Of a stretch of DNA of 64,000 nt, positions 35,402-43,616 are shown piece by piece. A program made the translations under genes and the position numbers. The notes beneath the pieces were generated by a model, which was given only the letters and a program-made list of their open reading frames with translations, searched no databases and was not told the DNA's origin. Location: positions 4,746 through 68,745 of the forward strand of contig CAZPTQ010000002.1 in NCBI GenBank assembly GCA_964589365.1. The letters run 5' to 3'. This DNA is from an uncultured Saprospiraceae bacterium (GTDB lineage Bacteria; Bacteroidota; Bacteroidia; Chitinophagales; Saprospiraceae). Every line of letters starts with the position of its first letter. Position 1 is the stretch's first letter.

Positions 35402-36898
35402 ATGGCAATTCTACAGCCCAAACGGAAAAAAAGAACCCTGCTTTACGTACTCATTGGCGTATTCGTGCTGCTTATCGTGGCAGCTGTGTTTAAAGGCCGC
35501 CAAAAACCAAAAGGCGAGGAAGTGACGGTTGAAAAGGCCGAAAAGCGCACCATCAAGGAAACGGTGAGCGCGAGCGGCAAAATATTCCCTGAAACAGAGG
35601 TCAAGATAAGCTCAGACGTTTCGGGCGAAATCACCGAACTCTACGTAAAAGAAGGCGACTCTGTCACGGTGGGCCAGATACTGGCTAAAATAAGGCCGGA
35701 TGAATACCAGAGTGCCGTCGAACAGGGCGAAGCCTCGGTTAGCACAGCGCGTTCTCAGCGTGAGATATCAAGCTCCAATGTGCAAGGGAGCGGTGCTCAA
35801 ATAGAGCAATTAAAGGCTGACCGACAGCGCGTATTAGCACAGCTTGATGTGGCCCGGAACACCCACCAACGCAACGAAAAGCTCTACAAAGACGGGGTTA
35901 TTTCAACCGCTGAATTTGAGACTTCAGTGAGCAACCTGAAATCTGCCGAAAGTGCTGTAGCTGGTTCGGAAGCGAGTTTGCGCTCCGCAGAAAGCACTCT
36001 TTTAAGTGCCAAGGCAGGTGTTCGGGTTTCAGAATACGGTATCAACAGTGCCTCGGCTCGCTTAAAAGAACTTCGCACCAGCCTCCAAAAAACCATCATA
36101 ACAGCCCCTGTGAGTGGCATCGTTAGCAAATTGAACGTGGAAAAAGGGGAACGCGTAGTGGGTACGCTCCAAATGGCCGGCACCGAAATGATGCGCGTTG
36201 CCAACCTCCGCAGCATGGAAGTACAAGTAGACGTGAGCGAAAACGATATCCTTAAAGTGAGCCTCAACGACGATGCCGACATTGAAGTCGACGCCTATCT
36301 AGGGCGCAAGTTCAAGGGGAAAGTCACCGAAATAGCCAACAGCGCAAGCAACGTGGGTAGCATAGGCGGGGTGAGCCTCAACACGGATCAAGTGACCAAT
36401 TTCGTGGTCAAAATCCGAATGGACCCGGCATCCTATTTAGACCTTCTGAAAGATGGCCGCCGCTATCCATTCCGTCCGGGCATGTCGGCTTCGGTAGATG
36501 TTTTCACCCACACGGCTGAGGGAACCCTTTCGGTGCCGATTATCGCTGTCACCGCTCGCGATGACGACAAAAAAGACGAAAAGGATAAAGATAAAAAGGA
36601 CGAGGAAGACGAACCCGCCGCCGAGGCTTTGGCGGGTAAAAAAGACAACGACATTATAAAGGAAATTGTGTTCGTGGTCACAGGCGATACGGTTGGAATC
36701 CGGGAGGTGAAAACCGGTATTCAAAATAACGATTACATTGAAATCGTATCTGGCCTGCAAGAGGGGGAAACCGTGGTGACAGGGCCTTATTCAGCCATTG
36801 CTCGGAAACTAAAAGGCGGTAGCCGGATCAGGGTTTCTGACAAAAAGAAGGGAGAGGGAACTGAAAAGAAAAGTGGAATAAGCGTGGAGGTTGATTGA
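35402..36898 (+). CDS. efflux transporter periplasmic adaptor subunit (HlyD/MacA-like)
   Basis: ORF 35210..36898 trimmed to the ATG at 35402 (MAILQPKRKKRTLLYVLIGVFVLL TM anchor). Lipoyl-like motif VKISSDVSGEITELYVKEGDSV, coiled-coil hairpin, ITAPVSGIVSKLNVEKGE. Confidence 0.85.
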   Translation: MAILQPKRKKRTLLYVLIGVFVLLIVAAVFKGRQKPKGEEVTVEKAEKRTIKETVSASGKIFPETEVKISSDVSGEITELYVKEGDSVTVGQILAKIRPDEYQSAVEQGEASVSTARSQREISSSNVQGSGAQIEQLKADRQRVLAQLDVARNTHQRNEKLYKDGVISTAEFETSVSNLKSAESAVAGSEASLRSAESTLLSAKAGVRVSEYGINSASARLKELRTSLQKTIITAPVSGIVSKLNVEKGERVVGTLQMAGTEMMRVANLRSMEVQVDVSENDILKVSLNDDADIEVDAYLGRKFKGKVTEIANSASNVGSIGGVSLNTDQVTNFVVKIRMDPASYLDLLKDGRRYPFRPGMSASVDVFTHTAEGTLSVPIIAVTARDDDKKDEKDKDKKDEEDEPAAEALAGKKDNDIIKEIVFVVTGDTVGIREVKTGIQNNDYIEIVSGLQEGETVVTGPYSAIARKLKGGSRIRVSDKKKGEGTEKKSGISVEVD

Positions 36899-36940
36899 GA
36901 GGACGTATAAGTCATAATTGTTTGATTTTCATAATTTTTA

Positions 36941-36985
36941 GCGCGTCCCCAGTAGCAAACTGCTGCAGGGGACGCGCGTTTTTTA
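36941..36985 (+). terminator. rho-independent terminator
   Basis: gcgcgtcccc (36941-36950) pairs with ggggacgcgc (36968-36977), with extra inner pairs, followed by gttttttat. Confidence 0.75.
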
Positions 36986-37160
36986 TCCAGATTTAATCGC
37001 AAGTTGGCCACTGAAGGCTTTGCGCGAATTGACTTTTGTGGCCGACTAGTTGAATATTTTAACCAAAGTGTTCACGCAAGGCTTCTATATTGGCATTACC
37101 CCCAAACCACAAAAGATTCCCAATCAATTTCAAACTTTCACTCAAAAATTCCTTCCAACA

Positions 37161-39167
37161 ATGAAAAAACGTTTTTTGAATTTCAGTCAAAGCCTGACAG
37201 GCATCCTGACTATTGTGCTCTCCTTTCTTTTTATTGCTGTTTCGCAAGGCCAACCTTGCGAAGGCGTTCAAAACCCGGCATCTTCCCCACTGTGTCAACC
37301 AGCTGGCAATCCTTTTAAGGTTTTGCTCGTTTTGGACGAATCGGGCTCGATTTTTGGCTTGGAAGACAAAGTAGAGGCTGCAGTTGACTCTTTCGCCGCC
37401 ATCCTTAATCGCAAATCTCCAGCCCTTGGTAAGATATTCATGGGTATTGTAGAGTTTGATGACGAAGATTCAAATCCCATTGCTGTGATGGATGTAAAAG
37501 CCCCGTCTTTTATCAACACAGTAAAGGATTATCTTTACAATTTCGATGGCAGCACTACCAACCCCAACTATCAGCCTGATGGCACTACGGACTTCGTGGG
37601 TGCTTTGTCACGAGCGCAATCTGTTTCTTCGTCCAATCAGGTAGATATCATTTTCTTTATTACGGATGGAAATCCTGACACCGGACTAAACACAACGTCT
37701 TGGATAGGGACAGCAGATGCCATAAAAAATTCTGGCACCTACATTTTTGCCATAGCCGTTGGTACGGTTGGAACAGTTGCAACTTGCGTTGTTACAGCAC
37801 TTTCTGGGCTAAATGAATTAGACACCCCAAACCCAATAGGTGTACCATATAATATCCAGAACGGAGCAGATTGGACTCGGACAAATTTTACTCAATTAGC
37901 GGATGACTTGGCTAATTTTGCAAACTCAATTACTGACACGCAAGGGCCGTCCATTACCTGCCCAGGCAACATTAGGGAAAGCAATGATCTAGGAATGTGC
38001 GGGAAAAAAGTCACTTACCCAAGCCCAGTAGCCACAGATAATTGCCAAGGTTTTACAACGGTCTGCGCCCCGCCACCAGGCAGTTTCTTCAATGTCGGCC
38101 AAACGATTGTCAACTGTACAGTCACGGACATGGTCGGATTATCCGCTAGCTGCTCTTTTATTATCAAGATACTTGATTTGGAGGCACCGAAAATCACTTG
38201 CCCCGCCAACAAACTTATCAGCTGTGAGGAATCTTCCGCTCCGGCCAATACCGGCTCGCCGACCACTTCGGACAACTGTGGCGTTGCTTCTGTCTCGAAT
38301 GCCGATATTCGGGTAGATGGTAGCTGCCCTTTCGAATTCTCGATCAATCGAACTTGGACCGTTGTAGACATTCATGGCAACGCTAACAATTGTATCCAAG
38401 TCATTTCTGTTGAAGACAAGAAAAAACCTGTCATTAATTGCCCGGCAAACATCACCGTCACTTGCGACACCTCGATTCCTAAAACAGGAACAGCTACCGC
38501 TACCGACAACTGTGATATGAGCGTAAGCATTACCAACCAAGATATTCATATCTCTGGCGACTGCGACTGGTTTTGCATCACTGAGCGCCACTGGACTGCT
38601 ACAGACGACTGCGGCAATTTTAGCAAATGCGTACAGGTCGTCACGAAAGACGTGACTCCACTAATCGAGAAAGCCCTTGAAGGAGGTCCACTGGTTTGGG
38701 GTCAAACTGCCGCCACCGTCACCCTACCTCCCGGCAAGGGAGCCTGCGTGGTCAAATGGCTTCCTTATGTAGGAGTTGTGCCTACGGCTTTGAAATTTGA
38801 CGATGCCGTGGCTGGAGCAGATTGCAAATTGATGACCAACCCACTTGACCGGAATACAGGCCAAATCGTAAACCCATTGCTCGGAGAAGCAATGAAGTTG
38901 AAAATTCTCGTGCGCCTCAACCCCGCGCTGGGCCTGAAAAAGGTGAAAGGAATCTTGGACGCCCATAACCCTCGTTGCGAAATGCACTTTATCGTAAGGC
39001 AGGCGCTTGGTGGTGGAGAGAACGCTAATGTAAACGAATTGCTCCGTGTTACTGACCTGACACTTGGCAATGTTAACGTAAACCTTCTGGTGCCTGAGCA
39101 TGCCTTACATCTGTTGGCGGTATTGAAATGTGTCAATGATGGTAGAAGTGTTTGTAACAACCCTTAA
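37161..39167 (+). CDS. secreted vWA-domain protein with HYR-type Ig-like repeats
   Basis: ORF 37050..39167 trimmed to the ATG at 37161 (MKKRFLNFSQSLTGILTIVLSFLFIAVSQG). MIDAS motif LVLDESGS with FFITDGNP. This is followed by about 3 Cys-rich repeats of the CP(A/G)N...TDNC...C type (HYR-like). Confidence 0.85.
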   Translation: MKKRFLNFSQSLTGILTIVLSFLFIAVSQGQPCEGVQNPASSPLCQPAGNPFKVLLVLDESGSIFGLEDKVEAAVDSFAAILNRKSPALGKIFMGIVEFDDEDSNPIAVMDVKAPSFINTVKDYLYNFDGSTTNPNYQPDGTTDFVGALSRAQSVSSSNQVDIIFFITDGNPDTGLNTTSWIGTADAIKNSGTYIFAIAVGTVGTVATCVVTALSGLNELDTPNPIGVPYNIQNGADWTRTNFTQLADDLANFANSITDTQGPSITCPGNIRESNDLGMCGKKVTYPSPVATDNCQGFTTVCAPPPGSFFNVGQTIVNCTVTDMVGLSASCSFIIKILDLEAPKITCPANKLISCEESSAPANTGSPTTSDNCGVASVSNADIRVDGSCPFEFSINRTWTVVDIHGNANNCIQVISVEDKKKPVINCPANITVTCDTSIPKTGTATATDNCDMSVSITNQDIHISGDCDWFCITERHWTATDDCGNFSKCVQVVTKDVTPLIEKALEGGPLVWGQTAATVTLPPGKGACVVKWLPYVGVVPTALKFDDAVAGADCKLMTNPLDRNTGQIVNPLLGEAMKLKILVRLNPALGLKKVKGILDAHNPRCEMHFIVRQALGGGENANVNELLRVTDLTLGNVNVNLLVPEHALHLLAVLKCVNDGRSVCNNP

Positions 39168-39206
39168 GCAATTTAGGGTAAAGCACTGATCGAACGATGT
39201 ACTTTT

Positions 39207-39246
39207 GTGCCGCGTCCCGCCCATGCGAGACGCGGCACAATTTTTT
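39207..39246 (+). terminator. rho-independent terminator
   Basis: gtgccgcgtc (39207-39216) pairs with gacgcggcac (39229-39238), followed by aatttttt. The T-run runs directly into the ATG at 39247. Confidence 0.7.
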
Positions 39247-39732
39247 ATGGAAAATCAAAACGCTGAAAATCAGCAACCTACTTCGGCAGACCAAACCGAA
39301 TGCCTCTCCTCCAATTCCACCTTGTTCTGGCGAGTATTTATGCCCATCTTTGGCACGGTATTTTTAGGCGGATTATTGCTCACTTTCTTGCTCATCCCCG
39401 AAGAAGACCTTTATCTGCCTTTTCCGCTTCTATGGGGACAGGCATTCCTACTTGTACTATGGCTTGGTTGGCTGTTTTTGGTGCGTCGCACTGTCTGGCG
39501 CTTGAAGCGTGTGGATGCGAACGCGGCCCATTTTTTTGTCACAAATTACTGGACTACAGTGCGTTACCCTTGGGGCGATGTGGAGAAAACGGAAGAAAAA
39601 ACGCGCTTGGGCCGCCGCATCGTCAATCTCTGCTTAAGGGCGCCGGGGCGTTTTGGCCAGAAGATCTCGTTTCTGCCAGGAGATCGTTTTGAAGAATGGA
39701 AAAAGGAGCATGAGGGTGTTGTCCCCTCTTAA
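39247..39732 (+). CDS. hypothetical membrane protein (2 TM helices)
   Basis: ORF 39205..39732 trimmed to the ATG at 39247 (MENQNAENQQ). Hydrophobic segments FMPIFGTVFLGGLLLTFLLI and WGQAFLLVLWLGWLFLV. Confidence 0.55.
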   Translation: MENQNAENQQPTSADQTECLSSNSTLFWRVFMPIFGTVFLGGLLLTFLLIPEEDLYLPFPLLWGQAFLLVLWLGWLFLVRRTVWRLKRVDANAAHFFVTNYWTTVRYPWGDVEKTEEKTRLGRRIVNLCLRAPGRFGQKISFLPGDRFEEWKKEHEGVVPS

Positions 39733-39802
39733 CTTTAAAGGCCTTTTTTAAAAAACGCCCTTAAATCCATCACTTTATCACTCCATCACCCCACCACTCC
39801 AT

Positions 39803-40882
39803 TTAAAAAAACTCCCTCAAATTCGTGCCAATGCCCAAGTGTGCCACCCCACCTGCGAGGTGATAAGCGCCGTAGCCAAAATCTACGCGGAAGCGACTGA
39901 TTTTGATTCCTACGCCGCCGGAAAACCCTGCCAGGCTGCGATAGTTACTTACCGACAGTTCGCGTTTCAGGAGGTGGTTGTAGCCCAATCGGATGCGCAA
40001 ACCCTCGTTTTTCCCGAGCAAAAATTCCCCGTTGAAAATCAAGTGGCGAAAAAAATTGTCAATCGCGGCGGTAGCCTTGTTTTCCTTGGGCTGCTCGTCG
40101 CCAAAGAGCAGCACCTCGTCGCCCTGTAAATTTGGGTCGTTGTATCGGATGTCCCACTGGTGTAAGTGGTGTGCAATAACACTAAACCGGAACGGCAGGT
40201 GTTTTAATCGTTTGCTCACACCAAGTTGAATATCAAAAGGCAACGTTTCCTTTATATCAGAATAAGTAGAAAGTTGTGTGCCTGCATTGCGGATCACAAG
40301 ACCCACGGTGAAACGACTGGCAGAGTCGGCATAGATCAAGCCTGCATCGGCCAGCAGGGCCGAGGATTTGTAGGTGTCTAGCCTCGAAAATGCCAAACGG
40401 GCGTTCAATCCAAGCGATAATTTATCGGTCAGGGGGCGTGCTGCACCCAGTGTGAACGCCGTCTCGCCGGCCTTTACGGTGCCTTGTGTATCCCCGAATT
40501 CATCTGCGCGTTTTATCTCGCCATAATTCATGTATTGAATCCCACCGTGCATGGTGAAGCCCCATTTGGGCAATTGTTGCGCGTAGGAAATATAGCCATG
40601 TTGGATGCCGCCAAGGAAAAAATTATGGTTGAAGGCCATTCGGCCCGACATGGCAGGGTTGAGCGCGCCAGGGTTGGTAATGGCAAACACGGGGTCGTCG
40701 TCTCTGACGGCAATTTGTGCTCCGCCTAGCCCGGTTACACGTGCGGATTGTGGAAGTGAAAGAAAAGAAAAAACGTGTCGTCCACCTACCACCTGCGCTG
40801 AAACCGTAGCAGCAGGCAGGAGCAGCAAGCAGTATGCTGCGCAAATGAGGTTTATTTTTTGTAGTAAAGTGTTCATGGTCAT
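39803..40882 (-). CDS. porQ: type IX secretion system PorQ-family outer-membrane protein
   Basis: 359 aa. Signal peptide, then VVGGRHVFSFLSLPQSARVTGLGGAQIA, the characteristic PorQ N-terminal motif. Beta-barrel-like remainder ending in F. Confidence 0.75.
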   Translation of the reverse strand: MTMNTLLQKINLICAAYCLLLLPAATVSAQVVGGRHVFSFLSLPQSARVTGLGGAQIAVRDDDPVFAITNPGALNPAMSGRMAFNHNFFLGGIQHGYISYAQQLPKWGFTMHGGIQYMNYGEIKRADEFGDTQGTVKAGETAFTLGAARPLTDKLSLGLNARLAFSRLDTYKSSALLADAGLIYADSASRFTVGLVIRNAGTQLSTYSDIKETLPFDIQLGVSKRLKHLPFRFSVIAHHLHQWDIRYNDPNLQGDEVLLFGDEQPKENKATAAIDNFFRHLIFNGEFLLGKNEGLRIRLGYNHLLKRELSVSNYRSLAGFSGGVGIKISRFRVDFGYGAYHLAGGVAHLGIGTNLREFF

Positions 40883-40890
40883 GCGTTTAG

Positions 40891-41511
40891 TTATTTTTTC
40901 CAGCGTGTAAGGCAGGCGCCGTTTTTACAATCGGCGATTCTGATGAGTTGTCCATTTTCGTCATACTCTTTCAATTCACCTTCTTCAAGGCCATCGCCAT
41001 CTTCATTTGGGGCGTAGGTGCCTTCGGTTTTCAGGGTTCCATTTTCGTAGTACTCTGTAAAAGGCCCGTTTTCAACATTGTCTTTCAACTGCACCTTTTC
41101 CTGGATTTTGCCGTCTGGATAGTAGCGTATGCTCAGCCCGGTCAGTGCGCCCTGAACGAAATCCTGCTCAATTTTTAATTGTCCATTCTCGTAAAAGCCC
41201 TGGAATTTACCATGGATTTTGTTGTTTTCATAGCGTTCGATGCTCTCCAATATGCCTTTCGAAGAATAGAATTTTCGCTCGCCTTGCAGCGAATCGGCAA
41301 GGTAATGCGCCTCTTCGAGCAACACGCCCTCCGGCGAAAACCTTTGAGAAAGCCCCTCCCTGGCAAAATTGTCCTTGCGTCGCTGCCAGCGCTCGAGTTG
41401 GCCGCGGTCGTTTTTGGCTTCGGTAGTTTCGATGGGGCTCTGGGAACAAAAGGCTTGAAAAACAAGCAAAAGCAGCACGCTGTGGCGCAGGAAAGAACGA
41501 ATGAGTTGCAT
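40891..41511 (-). CDS. MORN-variant repeat protein (YwqK-like family)
   Basis: ORF 40891..41571 trimmed to the ATG at 41511 (MQLIRSFLRHSVLLLLVF signal). Repeated G.....YY.NG.L..E units (FYENGQLKIEQDF, RYYPDGKIQEKVQ, EYYENGTLKTEGTY, EYDENGQLIR). Confidence 0.8.
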   Translation of the reverse strand: MQLIRSFLRHSVLLLLVFQAFCSQSPIETTEAKNDRGQLERWQRRKDNFAREGLSQRFSPEGVLLEEAHYLADSLQGERKFYSSKGILESIERYENNKIHGKFQGFYENGQLKIEQDFVQGALTGLSIRYYPDGKIQEKVQLKDNVENGPFTEYYENGTLKTEGTYAPNEDGDGLEEGELKEYDENGQLIRIADCKNGACLTRWKK

Positions 41512-41617
41512 GAAAAACAGATTTGGCCCTGCAGACGCAGTCGACAAGTCAATGGCGAGCAAGGAATGCAAAGGTTGACGACAAAAGTCGGAATCAGGCT
41601 GCCTGTGGGGAGAAAAA

Positions 41618-42676
41618 TCACCAAGCGTTCAATAATTCTGGCTGGTCGGTGTACAAATCCATGACCGCTTTCACCAGCCAGGTTCCCCCAAAAGTGATGG
41701 TATTGTGGTGGGAAAAATAGAGCACCCAGGTAAAACTTGCATCGAACACCATCCCCTCGTGCAATCCACCAAAAATTTGTTCGGCATCAATTTCAAAAAG
41801 CCCCGTCTCACAATCCAGCAAGTAAAGTGGCTCTTGCAGTTTTTGACTAAGGAGCGCACTAATGGCCTGTTTTTTATCCTCCGTCATGGCATTGAGGAAA
41901 ACCACCTCGGAAGGCGCGAGCGGTGTGAGCGGGTCCCAGAAGTTGGAATCGAAGTTCCATTTTTCTTTGAGCATCTGGCGAAGTCGGGCGGCCTCTTCTC
42001 CCAATATACGCCCATTTACAGGGCCATTGGGCACAAATTCTGGCTGTAGCGGGTCCGTGGGAAACAGCACCGGGAGTTCGTGTGCAATGGTGCGTGCCGA
42101 TTTTTCGATCACCCTGAAAAGCGAGCGCAGGTATTCCGGCACATTCGGGTCAATGGGAATTTGCACCTGTTTTTCCCGGTTGGCGATATGGATATCGAGC
42201 AGGAATTTGACAGGCGCGGCGGCAGCGATTTTTTCCACGGCTTCTTGTGCCAAATCAGTGTTAAAAACCGTGTAGTAATGCAGGTAATTCCCCGAAAAAC
42301 GCTCGTTCCCCCTTGGTATTCCGTTGCAGGTTTCGTCAAGCACTTGCTGAATTGGATCCAGGTAGCCCGAAGTCCAGTCGTCGTACCAGGGGGCGCCCGC
42401 AGGGTAGCCCGTCCAACGGCGCATTTGGAAATGAAGGGTCATCACTTGCAAGCTGTGTGGATGGGGTTTGGAATAGTCTCTGGCAATCCATTTGTCGCCC
42501 TCTTGTCGGAGTGCGGCTATTGGATCAATGTTGGCGGGGATTCCGGCTGTTTCGGATTGATCGGGTTTTTGGCCGCAGCAGCCAGTCTCAATGCTAAGCT
42601 CGAGATTGGGCATGGTCGCAATGCGGACGTAATGCCATCGGTTGCCGATCTGTTTGTAGAGGATTATGCGCTGCAT
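41618..42676 (-). CDS. hypothetical protein with N-terminal WGR-like segment
   Basis: ORF 41618..42733 trimmed to the ATG at 42676 (MQRIILYKQIGNRWHYVRIATMPNLELSIETGCCGQ...). The pattern resembles the bacterial WGR domain (nkfW.i...g..l....G..G). The rest is unassigned. Confidence 0.65.
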   Translation of the reverse strand: MQRIILYKQIGNRWHYVRIATMPNLELSIETGCCGQKPDQSETAGIPANIDPIAALRQEGDKWIARDYSKPHPHSLQVMTLHFQMRRWTGYPAGAPWYDDWTSGYLDPIQQVLDETCNGIPRGNERFSGNYLHYYTVFNTDLAQEAVEKIAAAAPVKFLLDIHIANREKQVQIPIDPNVPEYLRSLFRVIEKSARTIAHELPVLFPTDPLQPEFVPNGPVNGRILGEEAARLRQMLKEKWNFDSNFWDPLTPLAPSEVVFLNAMTEDKKQAISALLSQKLQEPLYLLDCETGLFEIDAEQIFGGLHEGMVFDASFTWVLYFSHHNTITFGGTWLVKAVMDLYTDQPELLNAW

Positions 42677-43122
42677 GGTCTGGGATATTGAGGGCTTGAA
42701 ATCGTTTAGCGTTGAGGGGACTGCTCCAAACACTCAAGCCTAGAACCTATGAGCCATAACAAAGAAAAGTTCGTGCCATAAACTGATTTGAAGGAGATTT
42801 GAAGGAAGTTTTTTAAAAATAAATTACATGAAATGTGACGAAAAGGCCCAAAAACGCTTTGAAAGCGGCCAATTTTGAGCGCGAGTGGGATTATTTTCAG
42901 CTCCCCCTTGCAAATGTTGTTAAAACAGCCTTAATTTTGTACCAGTTTTTAAGTCAACTGAAACAACCATGAACATTCGCAGACGGTTTTTGTAATCCTT
43001 ACCGTCGTTGTTTTAATCAAGTTCCATATTTTACTGTGTAATCCCGGTTGCAAACGCTTTGGCCCCACTCCTTTCTGAAAACGAGTGTTTTGACAACCAG
43101 ATTCTGTAACAAAAATTTGCGA

Positions 43123-43527
43123 ATGAACGACTTGCACACGAATCTCACATTTCCGTCCGACCCCCAAAATGTATCCAAAGTCGAACCTTTCGTCCACGAT
43201 GTAGCCACGCGGTACAACCTTTCTCCCGACACACATGGTAATATACTTGTGAGCCTTACAGAGGCCGTCACCAACGCTGTGCTTCATGGGAATCAAGGCG
43301 ATTGCCGTAAAAACGTTTCTATCTCCCTCAAACGTAATCAAGATGCACTGGCTATCAGTGTAACAGATGAAGGCCCGGGTTTCGACCCAAACAATGTACC
43401 TGACCCCACCAATGTTGACCATCTGGAATGTTGCGGTGGCAGAGGCCTTTTTTTGATGCGCCATTTGAGCGATGAGTGCCACTTTGAATGCGGTGGCAGG
43501 ACAGTAGAGATGCGGTTTAAACTTTGA
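43123..43527 (+). CDS. anti-sigma regulatory factor, RsbW/SpoIIAB-like Ser/Thr kinase (HATPase_c_2)
   Basis: ORF 43048..43527 trimmed to the ATG at 43123. LTEAVTNAVLHGN, VTDEGPGFD, GGRGLFLMRHLSD. Confidence 0.8.
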   Translation: MNDLHTNLTFPSDPQNVSKVEPFVHDVATRYNLSPDTHGNILVSLTEAVTNAVLHGNQGDCRKNVSISLKRNQDALAISVTDEGPGFDPNNVPDPTNVDHLECCGGRGLFLMRHLSDECHFECGGRTVEMRFKL

Positions 43528-43541
43528 TTTTTTAAAATTAC

Positions 43542-43603
43542 TTTTCAGAATGAGATCGGGGTTCTCAACCATTTGGTTGAGAACCCCGATCTCATTCTGA
43601 AAA
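43542..43603. terminator. perfect 29-bp hairpin, bidirectional terminator between convergent genes
   Basis: ttttcagaatgagatcggggttctcaacc (43542-43570), loop attt, then ggttgagaaccccgatctcattctgaaaa (43575-43603). T-run and A-run at the two ends. Confidence 0.85.
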
Positions 43604-43616
43604 ACCGAATGCGGCA

